248,000 bases of DNA, from positions 20,001 through 268,000 of the forward strand of contig NZ_JMCB01000003.1 of NCBI RefSeq assembly GCF_000737315.1. Direction: 5' to 3'. Below are positions 225,701 to 228,116 of this stretch, piece by piece. The notes under the pieces were generated by a model that worked only from the letters and a program-made list of their open reading frames with translations, did not search any database and was not told the DNA's origin. Made by a program: the position numbers and the translations under genes. This DNA is from Hyalangium minutum (lineage in GTDB: Bacteria; Myxococcota; Myxococcia; Myxococcales; Myxococcaceae). Each line of letters starts with the position of its first letter. Within the stretch, counting starts at the first letter, position 1.

Positions 225701-227250
225701 CCTCGCTGCCCACCGGGTACGGCGCACCCTTGTTCCAGGTCCAAGGGCAACTCGCGGCGGACCAGCCCTGTGATCCGGCGCAGCCCTGGTTCGCCTGTCA
225801 GCAGGGACAGCGCTGCCTACCCTCGGTGGACGGTTACCAGTGCCAGGACGCCGCATGCGCCAGCGCGCAGGACGAAGATAGCGATGGGTGGAGCGGCTAT
225901 CCCCAGGATCCGGGCTGTACGTCGCCGGATGATCAGGACGAGTCGGACCCCGAGACTGCACCTGCCTGCTCCAACGGTGCGGACGACGACGGCGACGGGC
226001 GTACGGACTGGCCAGCCGATCCGGGCTGCAGCTCCGCCTCGGGGAACACCGAGTCGGGAGATGGCGAGCGGTGCGAGGCACCTGCGGAAGTGACTGCATC
226101 CACCACGGTGGTGGACTTCTCGGAGGCGGCCTCGGACGAGACGCTGCTCTGTGATGCCCGGCCTGTCGGCGACAAGGTGTTGAGCGTCCGGATGCCAGGG
226201 GCTGGCACCATGGTGCTCACTTCCAGCCCGGAGATCTCAGCGCTGGCGCTTCGTCCGGCCTGCGCGGAGGAGCATGCGGACGTGAGATGCCTCTCGACCT
226301 TGACGGCGCCCTTGTACACCAAGGTGCCGTTGGAGGCAGGGGCCTATTCGATCGTGCTCAAGGGGACAGGGACCGCGACGCTTCGAGTCTCGGGCTTCTT
226401 GAATCACGGCGCTGGCTGCGATCCCGCGATGCCTTGGTTCAAGTGCGTGGCTCCGGCGTCCTGTACCATGGGCCCCACGGGCGCCACCTGCGTCGCTCCG
226501 GTGTGCTCGAACGGGCTGGATGACGATGGCGATGGCAAAGTGGATTTCCCGTCGGATCCAGGGTGCAGCTCGATGTGGGATATGGATGAGTCGGATCCTC
226601 CGGCGACTCCCGCCTGCCGTGACGGTGTGGACAACGATGGAGACGGGCTCACGGACTGGCCCGTCGATCCAGGCTGCGAGATCCGGGACGATCTGGATGA
226701 GGCCGATCTCTCCACGCCTCCTCAATGCTCCAACGGTGTGGACGACGACGGTGACGGCCTGATCGACTACGGCTCCGATCCGGAGTGCTCCAGTGCGGGC
226801 TCGGACAGCGAGGGTCTCTTCCAGGGCGTGCTGGCACAGCACCTGTCCTCGCAGACGTCCGGCTATTTGCCCTTCACCGCCACCAGCCGGCTCCCGCTGA
226901 TGACCTGCTTCGAGTCCAACCGGGAGCTCAAGAAGGTCTTCCAGTTCGTGGCGCCCAATACGGGGCGGTACATCATTCCTCCCAGCTGGCCCTCGGGCAG
227001 AGTGCGGTTCTCCGTCGACGTGGTCGGGCCCGACCGGGGACAGATCATCTGTGCCAACGACTCCGCGCAGCTGTCGCTAAGACAGGGGGACGAGATCATC
227101 GTCACTGTCGGAGGGGATGACACCTATGGTGGGAATGGCACCGGCGGGGTGATGCAGATCCACTTCATGTACTCTGAACCGCAGCAGATCGTCTCCCCAT
227201 GGCTCCCACCCCCTGAGCTCGATTGGCAGTGGACGGGCGTCATCCCATGA
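195784..227250 (+). CDS. Giant secreted Ig-like/IPT-TIG/LVIVD/Big_5 repeat protein, 10,488 aa
   Basis: Sec signal peptide; many PxVxxxxP..A.DDxxVxxVxF Ig repeats, IPT repeats (PxxGPxxGGTxVxxxGxGF), LVIVD propellers, Cys/Asp C-terminal repeats. Confidence 0.9.
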   Translation: MSLPGGRMLRAAALLALVLPLTAWSATVTAAFPLVPLRPGATTAEVGVEVQGPAEQVLISVTGQSASRGSFASLANVVVDRDQAGAVSFHTLVTFSQPFPEDGVLEVVARPVGDGEDTSLTTRFDAAAPPPRFGPTPLRVRADLDNQTIILELAYAGNAVAAEASVVGASAEELRRVQGSLEDVEPVSFVQARRLLARPSTATPGRIVFAVPLGTAPIPHDGVVIADVALRDAFGRTVHTSAVEFTQATAFDPVVGVSVEPSPLLLSEGFGQRVPLQVAGSFAIAGEVDLSGAHRGVQYRSLDEGVASVTEDGQVVARANGETDIEISYAGYTATAHVVVDSSAVVERLEVMPEAPVIPRVGGSIRLGLEGVLSDGRRVDLSSRTLGTTWSSLDPSVLTVHSDGRAVGLRPGTARVEARNAGYSALRVVEVQDGPPEISLSAPSQVVEGADFELKARAQDDVALAFVEFLVNGVVTTRLTAPPFTIKLRAPPVAGGEMVIGAVAVDSHGSRTRATDVTLKVQPGQGASSKTIVYETPLPGALLLEGLPHTVSLTSGDARSGTLSPQDFQLVRYYADGALLGTVRTPRVEMRNLEEDPTEPPEYVAVPLWELSYVPRAGTAGTVVALYAEAVDARGATARGATILVRIARDGPPLVTLRSPSGPRVQATAGRPVQLTGLVEDDTVTLGVELSLLVDGAQVSSTRLVGEGLGGTRAGSAPFSISWTPPVSSIGRLVRLQFMARDVGDHESRASLEASVVADAPPQISLQTPPPGSQVLAGTTQFLTASVVDDSAGPVEVTWRVNGVPVGASRSPPYRTSWSVPTSAAGSTLQLQATARDSTGNEAQASGELFVVSDTTRPSISLVVPRPLAEVPETQDLVVSVAGQDDATVKKVEVLLEGEVLATDDDPGPNGTQLGSFLTHTLVRSAQLMGRQQIRLGARAYDASGNVGSAPEVLVKVLPDAPPTVRFVLPAANTRATIGTPLELIAEADDDVAVSSVEFFADGNSSCRATLPPYRCTITVTGPARTLHLRAVASDAGGRSSSAEVAVQVSEDREPPLVAFRSPSEGSFTFAGRNLSVEVAASDDVGVRDVRLELDGQTVGTQSGGVVDGLYRLFRWQVPIPAGAAGHTLAFKAVATDTSGLTRERLLEVRARRDEAPAVSLTSPAPNSFYKEGEDVRLVVTVADDEGVIGLVGLSGGRRQGTLAQSGPLLDVSRPQALTVRAPSIFRGEPPTVGAEARDTAGQSGVATVMLNVARDLEPPSALMISPLPPATGHLRVNEGGAFSLRVEVEDDVRVVRVAAVVDGQELPVVNGREPLGPQNERFEEVRVQDPVMPGQIIVSRRYLGTFAGTASLAQYSVGLHTLAARAYDAGGNATTTPALSFEILEVQDLAPPRVTLTLEGGPDERTCVAGAPMKLRVSATDDVSIREASVTFEGQPVTIRNPPERSPRNWQEEIPFQFPPLGTGGRRTVTFLARVTDGAQHTGVVSRTCELTPDGPPQILVVSPTARAALTEEGTEPVQVDVSDDVGVRRGLRVLSTSAVAVPGIGSFEVTATAAHEGLGVPSATLIPGDGPGFSVEALEGRLLISPPGEGQGTGTTAPGRLRLNVEPSPAGHGALAQVRFRYVVKPGHEGSTALQSFRSAFPDGVGSVTLSAPAFSADLSFPSQDIEMEEVDIQLSKASANAEELAVTRLGLRGWGTPQLQLRAEAAGERVAVQRWNTGVAPSRPGQVKRIDEAVWLPRGQAPRDSQLTVLAEDVAGLVGRVAIPIVARTDTDPPTASIVSPGNGASVVEDTVFEVQVSAQDNARLDQLELWVDGQSRQVMRVGPGPSGSPQAHRFSLSLPLPASGYPAALSVVARDGAGNATASDTAYVRVIPDVAPSVTFQSLTSAVESFTRTELDSGYVVMLQGVPATLGMLLEDDAGLASMRVQFGDQVVKEESFTGAPLTAGRQVTFTPPVGRDGAPVVLLVSLTDSAGHTRQTRLLIESRRPRPPALALAAPTPGATIAEGSIQLLFDAVAVDDTGVDHVQLFINGQPALILTRGEPIAWNLDPQSGAVVVADPALRQAVASLPPEDQDLQRLRHYRGQVKLPPGFVALVPGRTDAALQLRTIAADKEGHETVLDQPLRIEADVATPLVEVLRPVLGRNVVEGTSVLVEVSARDNVLVDRVEILAGPSASELRVVHTAGGFPPTNAVPGSPFDVYAPLVQYAFTVPTLAQLGSTVPVPYFVAARARDISGNWTAPADFVIQPIEIIQDQPPGVSILSPADGTPAVANSTITVSVMAEDDVAVGNVRLEVDGTPLPVTLHAPPFSFHVPVPDRAGELRLRAVAVDSGGHQVGSQVVILPLRDDLAPTVAVAQPRPEARLTEGRDFALVVAAQDDVAIRSVEVLVEGGLAGPLRLVASNLPYSFRVPLPPGSAGRTLRIVARARDSAGHESVAPEVTALAVADTSRPTVAWLRPAAGSQALEGSVVELEVDARDDVAVNSLELRLNDQPLAIMPTPPFRMTYHVPAQGGGQALVFSAIARDPSGNQTVETRRLEIAEDEPPSVSVIAPTRLVVGNPALLRAQASDDVAVTEIGFHVGSDPAALSEVARRYQLPYEFRYAATEADVGKVLTIRGRAMDLAGHEAWSVPVQALVVPDTPPTVAVRKPLAGEAIFEGQRLRLEVEATDVEGPIKQVAFFVDGRKVHVATTPAGIPGSPNLFATSYSPPVGSGNRLLRITAVAVDSANQETESAPVVVGTVRDTVPPETQLVDPMVWELVTEAEPVEWTAAALDESAVVGVRFLVDGQQVGPPSTVPRPGPSNRPLYYGTWLPPSGAAGQTRTLTAEATDPSQNVGRAEPVTVELGMRPEPAVELVVEPYARRQAGMAADGEGLVIHGALLKDVPLPPPNDTVKRDEGRLALARLDLNGLAPLGTVKVTGSPVSQTLLGRLALVAMGPVFDPVGKKTIPAQLQVVDLSNTAVPRLRGVVDLPSDDVHQVVARDRLAFVANGTSGVAVLELGNPDAPQRAFTRPTVGPARGVAVTDQWLLVAAGSGGLRVLDVRDPYLRELGFVALPGEANRVEVVGSRAYVGCSNAQAPLAVVDLSRPAQPRLMSLLSHAPRRPDLLASEVTDVAVSGGVALVTTAITDQDAEPVKGILSASTVKADGAASTFVRANLPGARDVLFSQGRPVALLGDSAMGAFTLPRLAVTDVSPVDGTGQVPPTAQVTVTFSRLLQGASVTEQTVLLRAQDAVLGPVVPATVTVNETRILVAPRAPLPTNTEIFLTVLPTVTGEGGVTLGERFVSRFRTSPVDGLPPQVADVQPPAGPVDGGTRVRVWGLHFAPGARVLFSGQEATQVQVAADGRSLDAVTPPNLEGAVVVTVVNPNGLEGSLLGGFLYLQILDVSMVVPATGSLAGGNLVELSGSGFQRGATVRFDGVPATDVRVLSPGRISLRTPPGHFGTVDVRVDNPDGRYVVKPDAFLYSNLVVSRVLGRHIPDPQYDGPIRPAEKLPQGVPRAVVMQGGLAWLLSDGTAALQAHSPEELLQDSIQAAVTLVDVSDPDNAAVRSGVSIAPPYQPRALAVRGTTAYVAADAAELPYVDVVGEGGPSLLVVDASVLQAPRMVTAVPFEGTARAVAVADDLALVAAGAGGLAVFSVADPLRPVLTGSIQSMRVRGEVRAVNVVDVAASGRYALVRAGTNAGTFTLVLDLATPGIEVVGEASDLGPMALQGRRGLTLGNGQIRTLSFSPPTWPRNLVGMSSLVGGTPVTVAVGPHVGAAGTEVSRPGNSGSGKLEVSLSADPSRPRAVDAVDLYPAARFGGVAVERDVAVISISALLTKKGEVVADPTLALGSDGLAVVRMPFLMGMRSQPADGDTEVPPSTPLRLEFNREVAGASPQTVRLIRQDGSVNGVVEPAEIQTLGRTVLLLPAQPLAPSTTYRVVADQLTDALTRAEMAGPFYLEFSTASSSAAMPVSISGLTPREGPAAGGTLVTVTGTGFEPGATVRFGGVPATQVTVSEDGTQLTARTAANTAGAATLEVTNPSGSVARRLGAFLFTQPLSVLAAAPGRGPASGGTRVILSGTGFSSTGTVQVRFGGVPALRTRVLGLNRLEVYTPRGLRGTVDIQVTNPDGSQATLEDGFIFDQPGGASVALSDRPVDVVVIGDSALVLQRGGLSVVDLSGLYLKGPLKDTPIPPDLVDGLVDVDNDRKDDRLVSFLPIPDALSLAYPSTWGHRLFVGTGGWDSKLQQWTAGEVLEVAIADLAHPAISARTAAVEGPVFGLDVKDERLLAATGQKGLSSFDRSYAPFLVGQLPMQGAAQSVAGSAGMAVVGVGQRDATSFAVSAGALRIVSTEASPSLRGALPLNIQRARWKGDVAVVAAGDAGLVLVSAANPDQPQVLASVLVGGFAWDVRLQGNLAYVAAGTAGVAVVDLTDLLHPRVLYHVTGARGGTAKLVEMTAGGRLVSMRDRGTQGWSVDFGRPSELAVVSASVAPDEVVPLSLPSVTVTLSAGLLHTSAPEAFSFTANGAPVPGTLEAGTPELPVSTLVFRPSEPLPSGAELRLALGTSLRSLLGDALIAPFEVRFFAAGGTGERPQLLQVVPRVGPSEGGTEIELLGTGFVPGTTVRIGAAPALVLSLSSTRMTVRVPPGEPGLADVVVVHPSGVTARRSGGYFYSAPLFASASIPRFLNPKGGSTVRVTGRGFLPTWSSPLGSTRVLIRGLPARSVSVESTTQLVAVAGPGSFGDADVELVAADGLQRASSPSPVGYGLPFSGKVVGASVRPVALAGNPALPLLPFAAAGASVEGNTFPQPYTGPMTGGGLVPESFRMVAYDVTRVGRPELAGASVVDPPDHDVDYLIGSLPYLAQRELPLPEVELMPDSFDVALRGTQLLVANGASGLAVIDASGTTLEQWPLLGRGGIGSVLGQEYATRLLATPTGAWVFSNPLEDNLLPEEIPCKSPTDEHYPAAGSGGQLQLFDTRSPSDPVLLGSIGSGSAQEPYGATVAGGRLLVAMGNHAGVIYCTETPFPPPPWASLTTGRRTRFLGLDPSDDYRSEDAPIIMMKTPHGALELYDSAGVGAQRLARRPYPYSLTDVVVVRDVAIASAAEFGLIFFDVRPDNPQAPQELLRLPFDQSLSNTPGHPERLRLIGDLLFVAASSGSVYVLDVSDPRHPEFLSGGNTEFAYDVLPVGDRLMLASRQELTELSMPFLLPLSTTPERDALVPPSLSQLEVRFNRPLAPATVNDISVQLIGPSGPVPLELSVVAEHATLTYAVRAQLPEEGLEPGATYEVRIASTVADQRGGGMIRPFRTAFRTGAAGSHAPRIDAVQPSAVSMAGGQQVVIQGSGLSGVASVRIGGATASFTAAGDTELHVTVPPSTRPGPADVRIEDAGGPWSLLPHGVLYLSPLASAHASLVPDHGPVEGGTEVKVSFSGASPVAPGTRVFIGDREGVNVDVVSLSTLRFTTPRPDGPGLVPVKLERPGEVSETVGYFSYDLPTGTTVDLPGFPPRETSEVVLSGDLLFAGVPTAGYEGLELFNIRVPEHPVRLGGLRTEGAVRGLDARGALALLATDAFGLVAVDVQDTARPFTVGRGATAGLATGIRLEGNVAHVSVTQMDGGAGYVQTFDVSQPSLPLLSTTPLTEDALALDHAPGRFYALTSNVRTGQPDGLRLTVYTRQGQRLGGVVVDATPRSYAELVRSRLTVRGGRAYVTLGSRLYVFDMSDETAPQVLQSTELGAPARGLTWAGGSLLVSTTGSSTLVTVPPTDLLVVGTSPVNGALASPLTSIRVDMSLPVREDTVTAGTFEVVQVGSAGPVPVPGHREVVFATRGSSLVFTPEDPLEPGAQIEVKVEGVLGFDTRPLAHPASFAFTVAGEDALQPWVERLEPASGLFTDFTATTVRGAGFRQGVTVRIAGQNATVVSVQEDQLGIVVPPSLTSAGPASVEVIDPSGLSAVRLGGFLYREPLRLALLSPDRAPQQGGVAVELRGTGFMPGLVVRFGGTGSFQVDVPSMERAVAVAPPHAQGLVDVEAVLGSQSAVKARSFLYGTGAVSRLPTPPVRDVRVEGTVAYVALGGETEIVGLDAEGHLITLEQRRKTDSGGLMVADLSEPTVAREIRRVNVSAQGGVRRMARAGNTLYLAAGSAGVVAVDVSQPANASETLRLSVQGEAVDVVTAGSLIFVADGSGVRVFRTGETEQPMLVAQRALPGGASALALYGGLLLVSNASATDARLYVLDARRGDLAPLAQEAHLPLSAPARHIAVEGTRAFVSLGRAGQVAIVELADPTAPAPAGTLVLKDELHQGWTSAEQTLVAGDVVWVAGGGGKVQRFAALVGQQPQWLETASVLGDAKALARSGRYLMAGTLLLDVNGRPVEMPLADTRDAAGTLTGGLVSVALDHLELRGTVPVAGAVVQVGVVPEVLLSALPDMATAGAVRLEGTDGVEVRVARQGRADTEGGRLALIPQSPLAVGTDYVLRVGGTLADLAGRPLGTDVGVRFRTGPIASPEQPVITAMSPVTGLEAGGDTAVLTGEGFMPGCQVWVGDTLASGVTVSSDGGRITLIVPPGPAGAAAVRVRNPNGLEALQLGLYRYLVAPELTQVSPAQAPFNSRQRVVLTGKGFAATTQVTFGGRPALHPVMDSQGRISVEVPDDVTGVVEVAVATPMPGGALVARRPDGFTYTLKPLGGVGGNTEALAVAGRVLLAARAGRLVAFDLTRPGDLPEVANVPGVTSAGGLVVSGDEAWLAGQGEVVRYALEGCGAGLPVSCPLQVVERIPLVASGVASVAAGQGSAYVTVAGGSDVVLLGRVDGATRVVAQVNVGPGVVRGVAMAGPVLAVLVQGSQSSRLELRDVADGSLTLVGEVPGLYWTVNRLAAEGTRVAVASGAGVRLYETAEPAVPVELGRFEGQGSAYTVALSGPWALASGDFGLAWLDTTQGLKRRTSGSTYGWAGNVAVGAGVAVAASAYELRAFELPYPTVTGQEPSPGGALPREAAVSVTLADRLPPSVVQGTAMELVGPAGAISGTRTVQGSAVLFRPSAVLTPGERVQARVTLGATPYVGGTVLGPWTWSILPSAEAPSLRVDALVPDHGDVSGGYPVVLAGAGFDAQTQVWFGTRAATVVPPVSTDAIHVLAPASPVPGPVRVRVSPGVAGTPVDVPGGFVYLAPLAISRVTPPRVDLGGGAVTVEGTGFNRSLTARLGGLVAPVSDFTPTSFKLSVPAGPSGWLALEVAQAGTPPVTLAQAVLRADGVAPTVTAWEPLDTVGTGQVPLNSIFTVRFNEPIDPATATHVRLVRQGGTVPESGTHTVAPDGLSVTFTPAAALPSTTAFTLSAAGVADLFGNAIANTAAARKDFRSRDVVPPNVYVRLESSTEPLAPGTLLAAEVSWSFRVVASDDSGQVSLRQLWVDGAAVSVDWDGKATYRWPAIMSSRPSTLKVRAEDSAGNGTESEVTVQVVEDMPPTVAITQPSTPVVQVEQGVSLTVALAASDNHGVSAVELRLDGVPIKRASSLTGTNATLSHVLYLPTQGTYQLTALAMDDRGQLTSSESVSVQVLPDTTPPQLAWVLPMAGTKLIGGGRYPLQVSATDLNGVAEVSFRIDGQLVATRTAPPWSMDWDAPAVTSAGTRLLEARARDAQGNEAGASQTVTVAPPSTSRPTIVLDGFSTSYGYPEGTAVTVRARVTSEIPLQSVRLSLGAETVTLTQPPWQLTFVAPRVPPPSQLVRLRGTAVDLLGRESFPVEYDVTVQDDGRQPVLALDMNPQGPSLLGGSTLQVGGLDGGVLTGTVVRVSEVLQPAETDGGYTLPFEPEAAPVRVSARMDAWDGGMVTLERQGTLTAFANGATVSVAAADEPVLDLATSGPWEWVARDQSGGHTRLELRDAATQALTAERSLDGTAVAVAFERGRAVVALRTGGRGRVDMMSVPALETVGSFSVRRIPRALETTSFGLAIGTDEGLELWSSGGMLASRLPLGDVLGVSAEGDRLAVLTNSTLYEVDASVPHAPALVASVPVAGATGVVALADARRCVVGATARCFRVEGTALTLQGEARLPDTAIAADGPGPWLLAGTASGLSVVDARGAPSMAGYYPALAGRVAAGDGRIVAAAPGRSSLLKLRRSVGAPTVHLELPPSAAPGARVPVVASVEGLSDPRDGYTAELRVRGTAVQVLKGRLPQSVDLPRDGTAAQVALRVVDLAGHEALAQGTVALVDDGAGPALAALQARAEVPSGAFFSLAAVPADPARVASVEYSVDSTVLGRADAPALAWRLRAPTVSTDTAFTVSAVALDAQGRRGAPVQASVWVRAGTGAALPTVSLARVGTGSIQEGTEVRVRATLTPSVPVAEVRFKMDGEEQQRLMLPPYEAVLRMPVGTGSRGVTVEAVAVDDQGRESAAALLPLTVVDDLTPPVVALEVDPSGEVLTAGSRVRATAIASDGGALESWSVRALLANVELASGGGRLDFTVPASTPAGTLVEIVATARDVAGNVATSRVTKTVLAPVLPDGGVVVAGDFVGADRLTLRGDFVYATTPRGLAVGRVRWGETPTIEPVSFLATDVAPSSLAVQGPWAVLVLPGRGLSIVNIADPAQPRVRGTLAGTFTKALAGDGLYVQGNSLFELDLEVPSTPVLRNMAVSATAVDGTADGVVFNSYSYLMVRARLTSGLSGYLSLLWPVGVPQTARWNDGKLLVGTDRSLAVLVRSGDSLGVAQEVPLPAGVRAMAVADGRVWLACTDGKLRWVDVRNPTAAQVIAQEALPARALEVSGGLMLATTAQGIFVRRLPNLGAAGSALSTPVGGLTLDDAPRAVTSFRRGVLVAAGLAGVQRIVLDDPSHPSRVSQSVAGLALKQVERTGEQVFTLNGTTLSIHVEQWDGSLVRDGGASDRLAALGSVERFAVSPRRLWAVSGGTVSSMGLPSVDQKVSLLLGSATLDVAGDETRAVVALGRAGAAVVLVDGAGTLRLGAMIPEVHTDAVAVDGDLALLGGPSGLAVVDLSAASGPVRRASLPTAGAVRRVRLEGRLALVSEGSAGVELWNVSQPAAPVLLGKLSTPRAEDAVVAAGHIVVADSVAGVKVFSLPAAGVNPVVRVVPDASSVEAGSWLEVSARVSGVQVDTAELLVEGQVLSRMDERAAVGRYLVPKQAVVGRELAVQVRARTASGAETLSAPVFVRVSAPTNLPEIVLYPNSPNSGWSYYSASSISVSAVYGGALAPVSARVRWAGQDLGALTVMDTSIHGELRMPVVGADTTGTLEFVLVDAAGRIKTASVPSIRVLAPQDPLPQSVYGLPSRLYSAPYDNAFTAQAYCYTWCNVRVERNGVTIASTLSTSPYTGWRSLPVSLVLPGETTGTQQTLTIVAEDSAGRQVRQEQRYTVLRDDLVPSVSLYAPYSASEGATVSVSAYASFPPGHQIRSLRLLANGVEIASVVGPTLSGVPYTFPSVSVTSTVRFEAIATDHLGREGRAEQLAQVLPDAPPSASMYASPTPVQGYPIYACINAADDVRLTAVTFKAGEETLWSCTSGCSAYFSTSFSKCVQSASRYTGSEIVLSAELTDSVGHTVTETRPYAVAQNQPPTVTLTSKSYLVAGQGGTPVYASAYDEAHMQSLKVRVGDTLIAQSTSSYYAQSGLSWSGSYTPSSPESFVLEAVAEDGAGLQTVLRKQVPVLPAGSGQSCEKPVPIGMDLTLRPPQVQLQSTFYSRCGTFYTGSWHTLPFDGPVEEISLRAYSDSWYWPTLIVKDGCDASAAQFCPYSSSSSDVSTRATSLSSQARVFLSQVTGDVYVSFARLGMGARCIPGSTSVVCSNSVCREQSSGEYRCAPEACRDGLDNDGDGRVDFPAEPGCTSATDDDETDPVPLPTCANGVDEDEDGAMDWPAETDCPSASSNGEHPTSCQVTPLTLLGSRMRIDFSQASNLDDLVCSTSGSGPDQVVRVEVPGQASLSGSLMEPYGYPKTLALRKSCTDGGAFLACAPAEWQSVWDDGRWVSQSVAMTSAEVGPGSYLFVADSSLPTGYGAPLFQVQGQLAADQPCDPAQPWFACQQGQRCLPSVDGYQCQDAACASAQDEDSDGWSGYPQDPGCTSPDDQDESDPETAPACSNGADDDGDGRTDWPADPGCSSASGNTESGDGERCEAPAEVTASTTVVDFSEAASDETLLCDARPVGDKVLSVRMPGAGTMVLTSSPEISALALRPACAEEHADVRCLSTLTAPLYTKVPLEAGAYSIVLKGTGTATLRVSGFLNHGAGCDPAMPWFKCVAPASCTMGPTGATCVAPVCSNGLDDDGDGKVDFPSDPGCSSMWDMDESDPPATPACRDGVDNDGDGLTDWPVDPGCEIRDDLDEADLSTPPQCSNGVDDDGDGLIDYGSDPECSSAGSDSEGLFQGVLAQHLSSQTSGYLPFTATSRLPLMTCFESNRELKKVFQFVAPNTGRYIIPPSWPSGRVRFSVDVVGPDRGQIICANDSAQLSLRQGDEIIVTVGGDDTYGGNGTGGVMQIHFMYSEPQQIVSPWLPPPELDWQWTGVIP
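225145..226810 (+). repeat. Seven CxxGxDxDxDGxxD(W/F/Y)PxxPxC repeats (Ca-binding-like) at the giant protein C-terminus
   Basis: For example CRDGLDNDGDGRVDFPAEPGC and CSNGLDDDGDGKVDFPSDPGC. Confidence 0.8.
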
Positions 227251-228116
227251 GGCCCTCAAGCGGAATAGGCAGCTGGCTCGTGTTGGCCCTCGCGGTGCTG
227301 TCCGGGTGCGATGACTCGCGAACGGTGGCGAAGGTGGGGCGCACGGGCCTGACGGTGGAGGACGTGACGCAGCTGCGCGCCGCGCAGAGCCCGAGCGTCC
227401 GCGCCGCGCCGGAGCAGACGCTGGAGGTGCTGGTGGATCGCGCCCTGCTGGCCGAGGAGGCCCGGCGCCAGAAACTGCACGAGCAGCCCACGGTGAAGGC
227501 CCAGCTCGCGGCCGCCGAGCGGGAGCTCCTGGCGCATGCGGTGCTGGAGCGGGCGGTGGCTCCCAGCGTGACGGACGAGGCGCTGCGCGCGCGCTACGAG
227601 GCCGCGCGCTCCCGGCTGGAGCGCCGCGAGGTGCACGTGGCCCAGATCTTCGCGCGGATGCCCGAGGGCTCTGATGAGAAGACTCGGCGCCAGGCGCAGG
227701 TGCGCATCAACCAAGCCTATGCCCGGCTCGCGGGCGGAGAGCCTTTCGAGACCGTGGCGCGCGAGCTGTCCGAGGACTTGGTGAGCGCGCCCCAAGGAGG
227801 AGAGCTCGGCGTGGTTCGGGAGGGAGGAGTGGATCCAGCGTTCTTCGCCCAGGCCGTGGCGCTGGCCGCAGGCGCTTGGTCCAAGCCGTTCATCACGCCC
227901 TTCGGCTGGCACGTGGTGAAGGCGCTTGAGGCGTCGAAGACGGTGGTGCCCTCCTTTGATGAGGCGAGAGGTGTGCTGGAGTCCGAGGCGCGCCAGGAGG
228001 CCCAGGCGAAGCTGATGGAGCGGCTGCGTCAGGAGATCTCGGTCCGTCGCTACCCGGAGCGGCTCAAGCTGGCAGAGGAGAAGAGCAAGCCCCAGGGCGA
228101 GGGGGAGGCGAGATGA
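227247..228116 (+). CDS. Parvulin/PpiC-type foldase lipoprotein (copy 3)
   Basis: Lipobox LSGC; AQIFA, FETVARELSED..GGELG; ATGA overlaps on both sides. Confidence 0.88.
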   Translation: MRPSSGIGSWLVLALAVLSGCDDSRTVAKVGRTGLTVEDVTQLRAAQSPSVRAAPEQTLEVLVDRALLAEEARRQKLHEQPTVKAQLAAAERELLAHAVLERAVAPSVTDEALRARYEAARSRLERREVHVAQIFARMPEGSDEKTRRQAQVRINQAYARLAGGEPFETVARELSEDLVSAPQGGELGVVREGGVDPAFFAQAVALAAGAWSKPFITPFGWHVVKALEASKTVVPSFDEARGVLESEARQEAQAKLMERLRQEISVRRYPERLKLAEEKSKPQGEGEAR

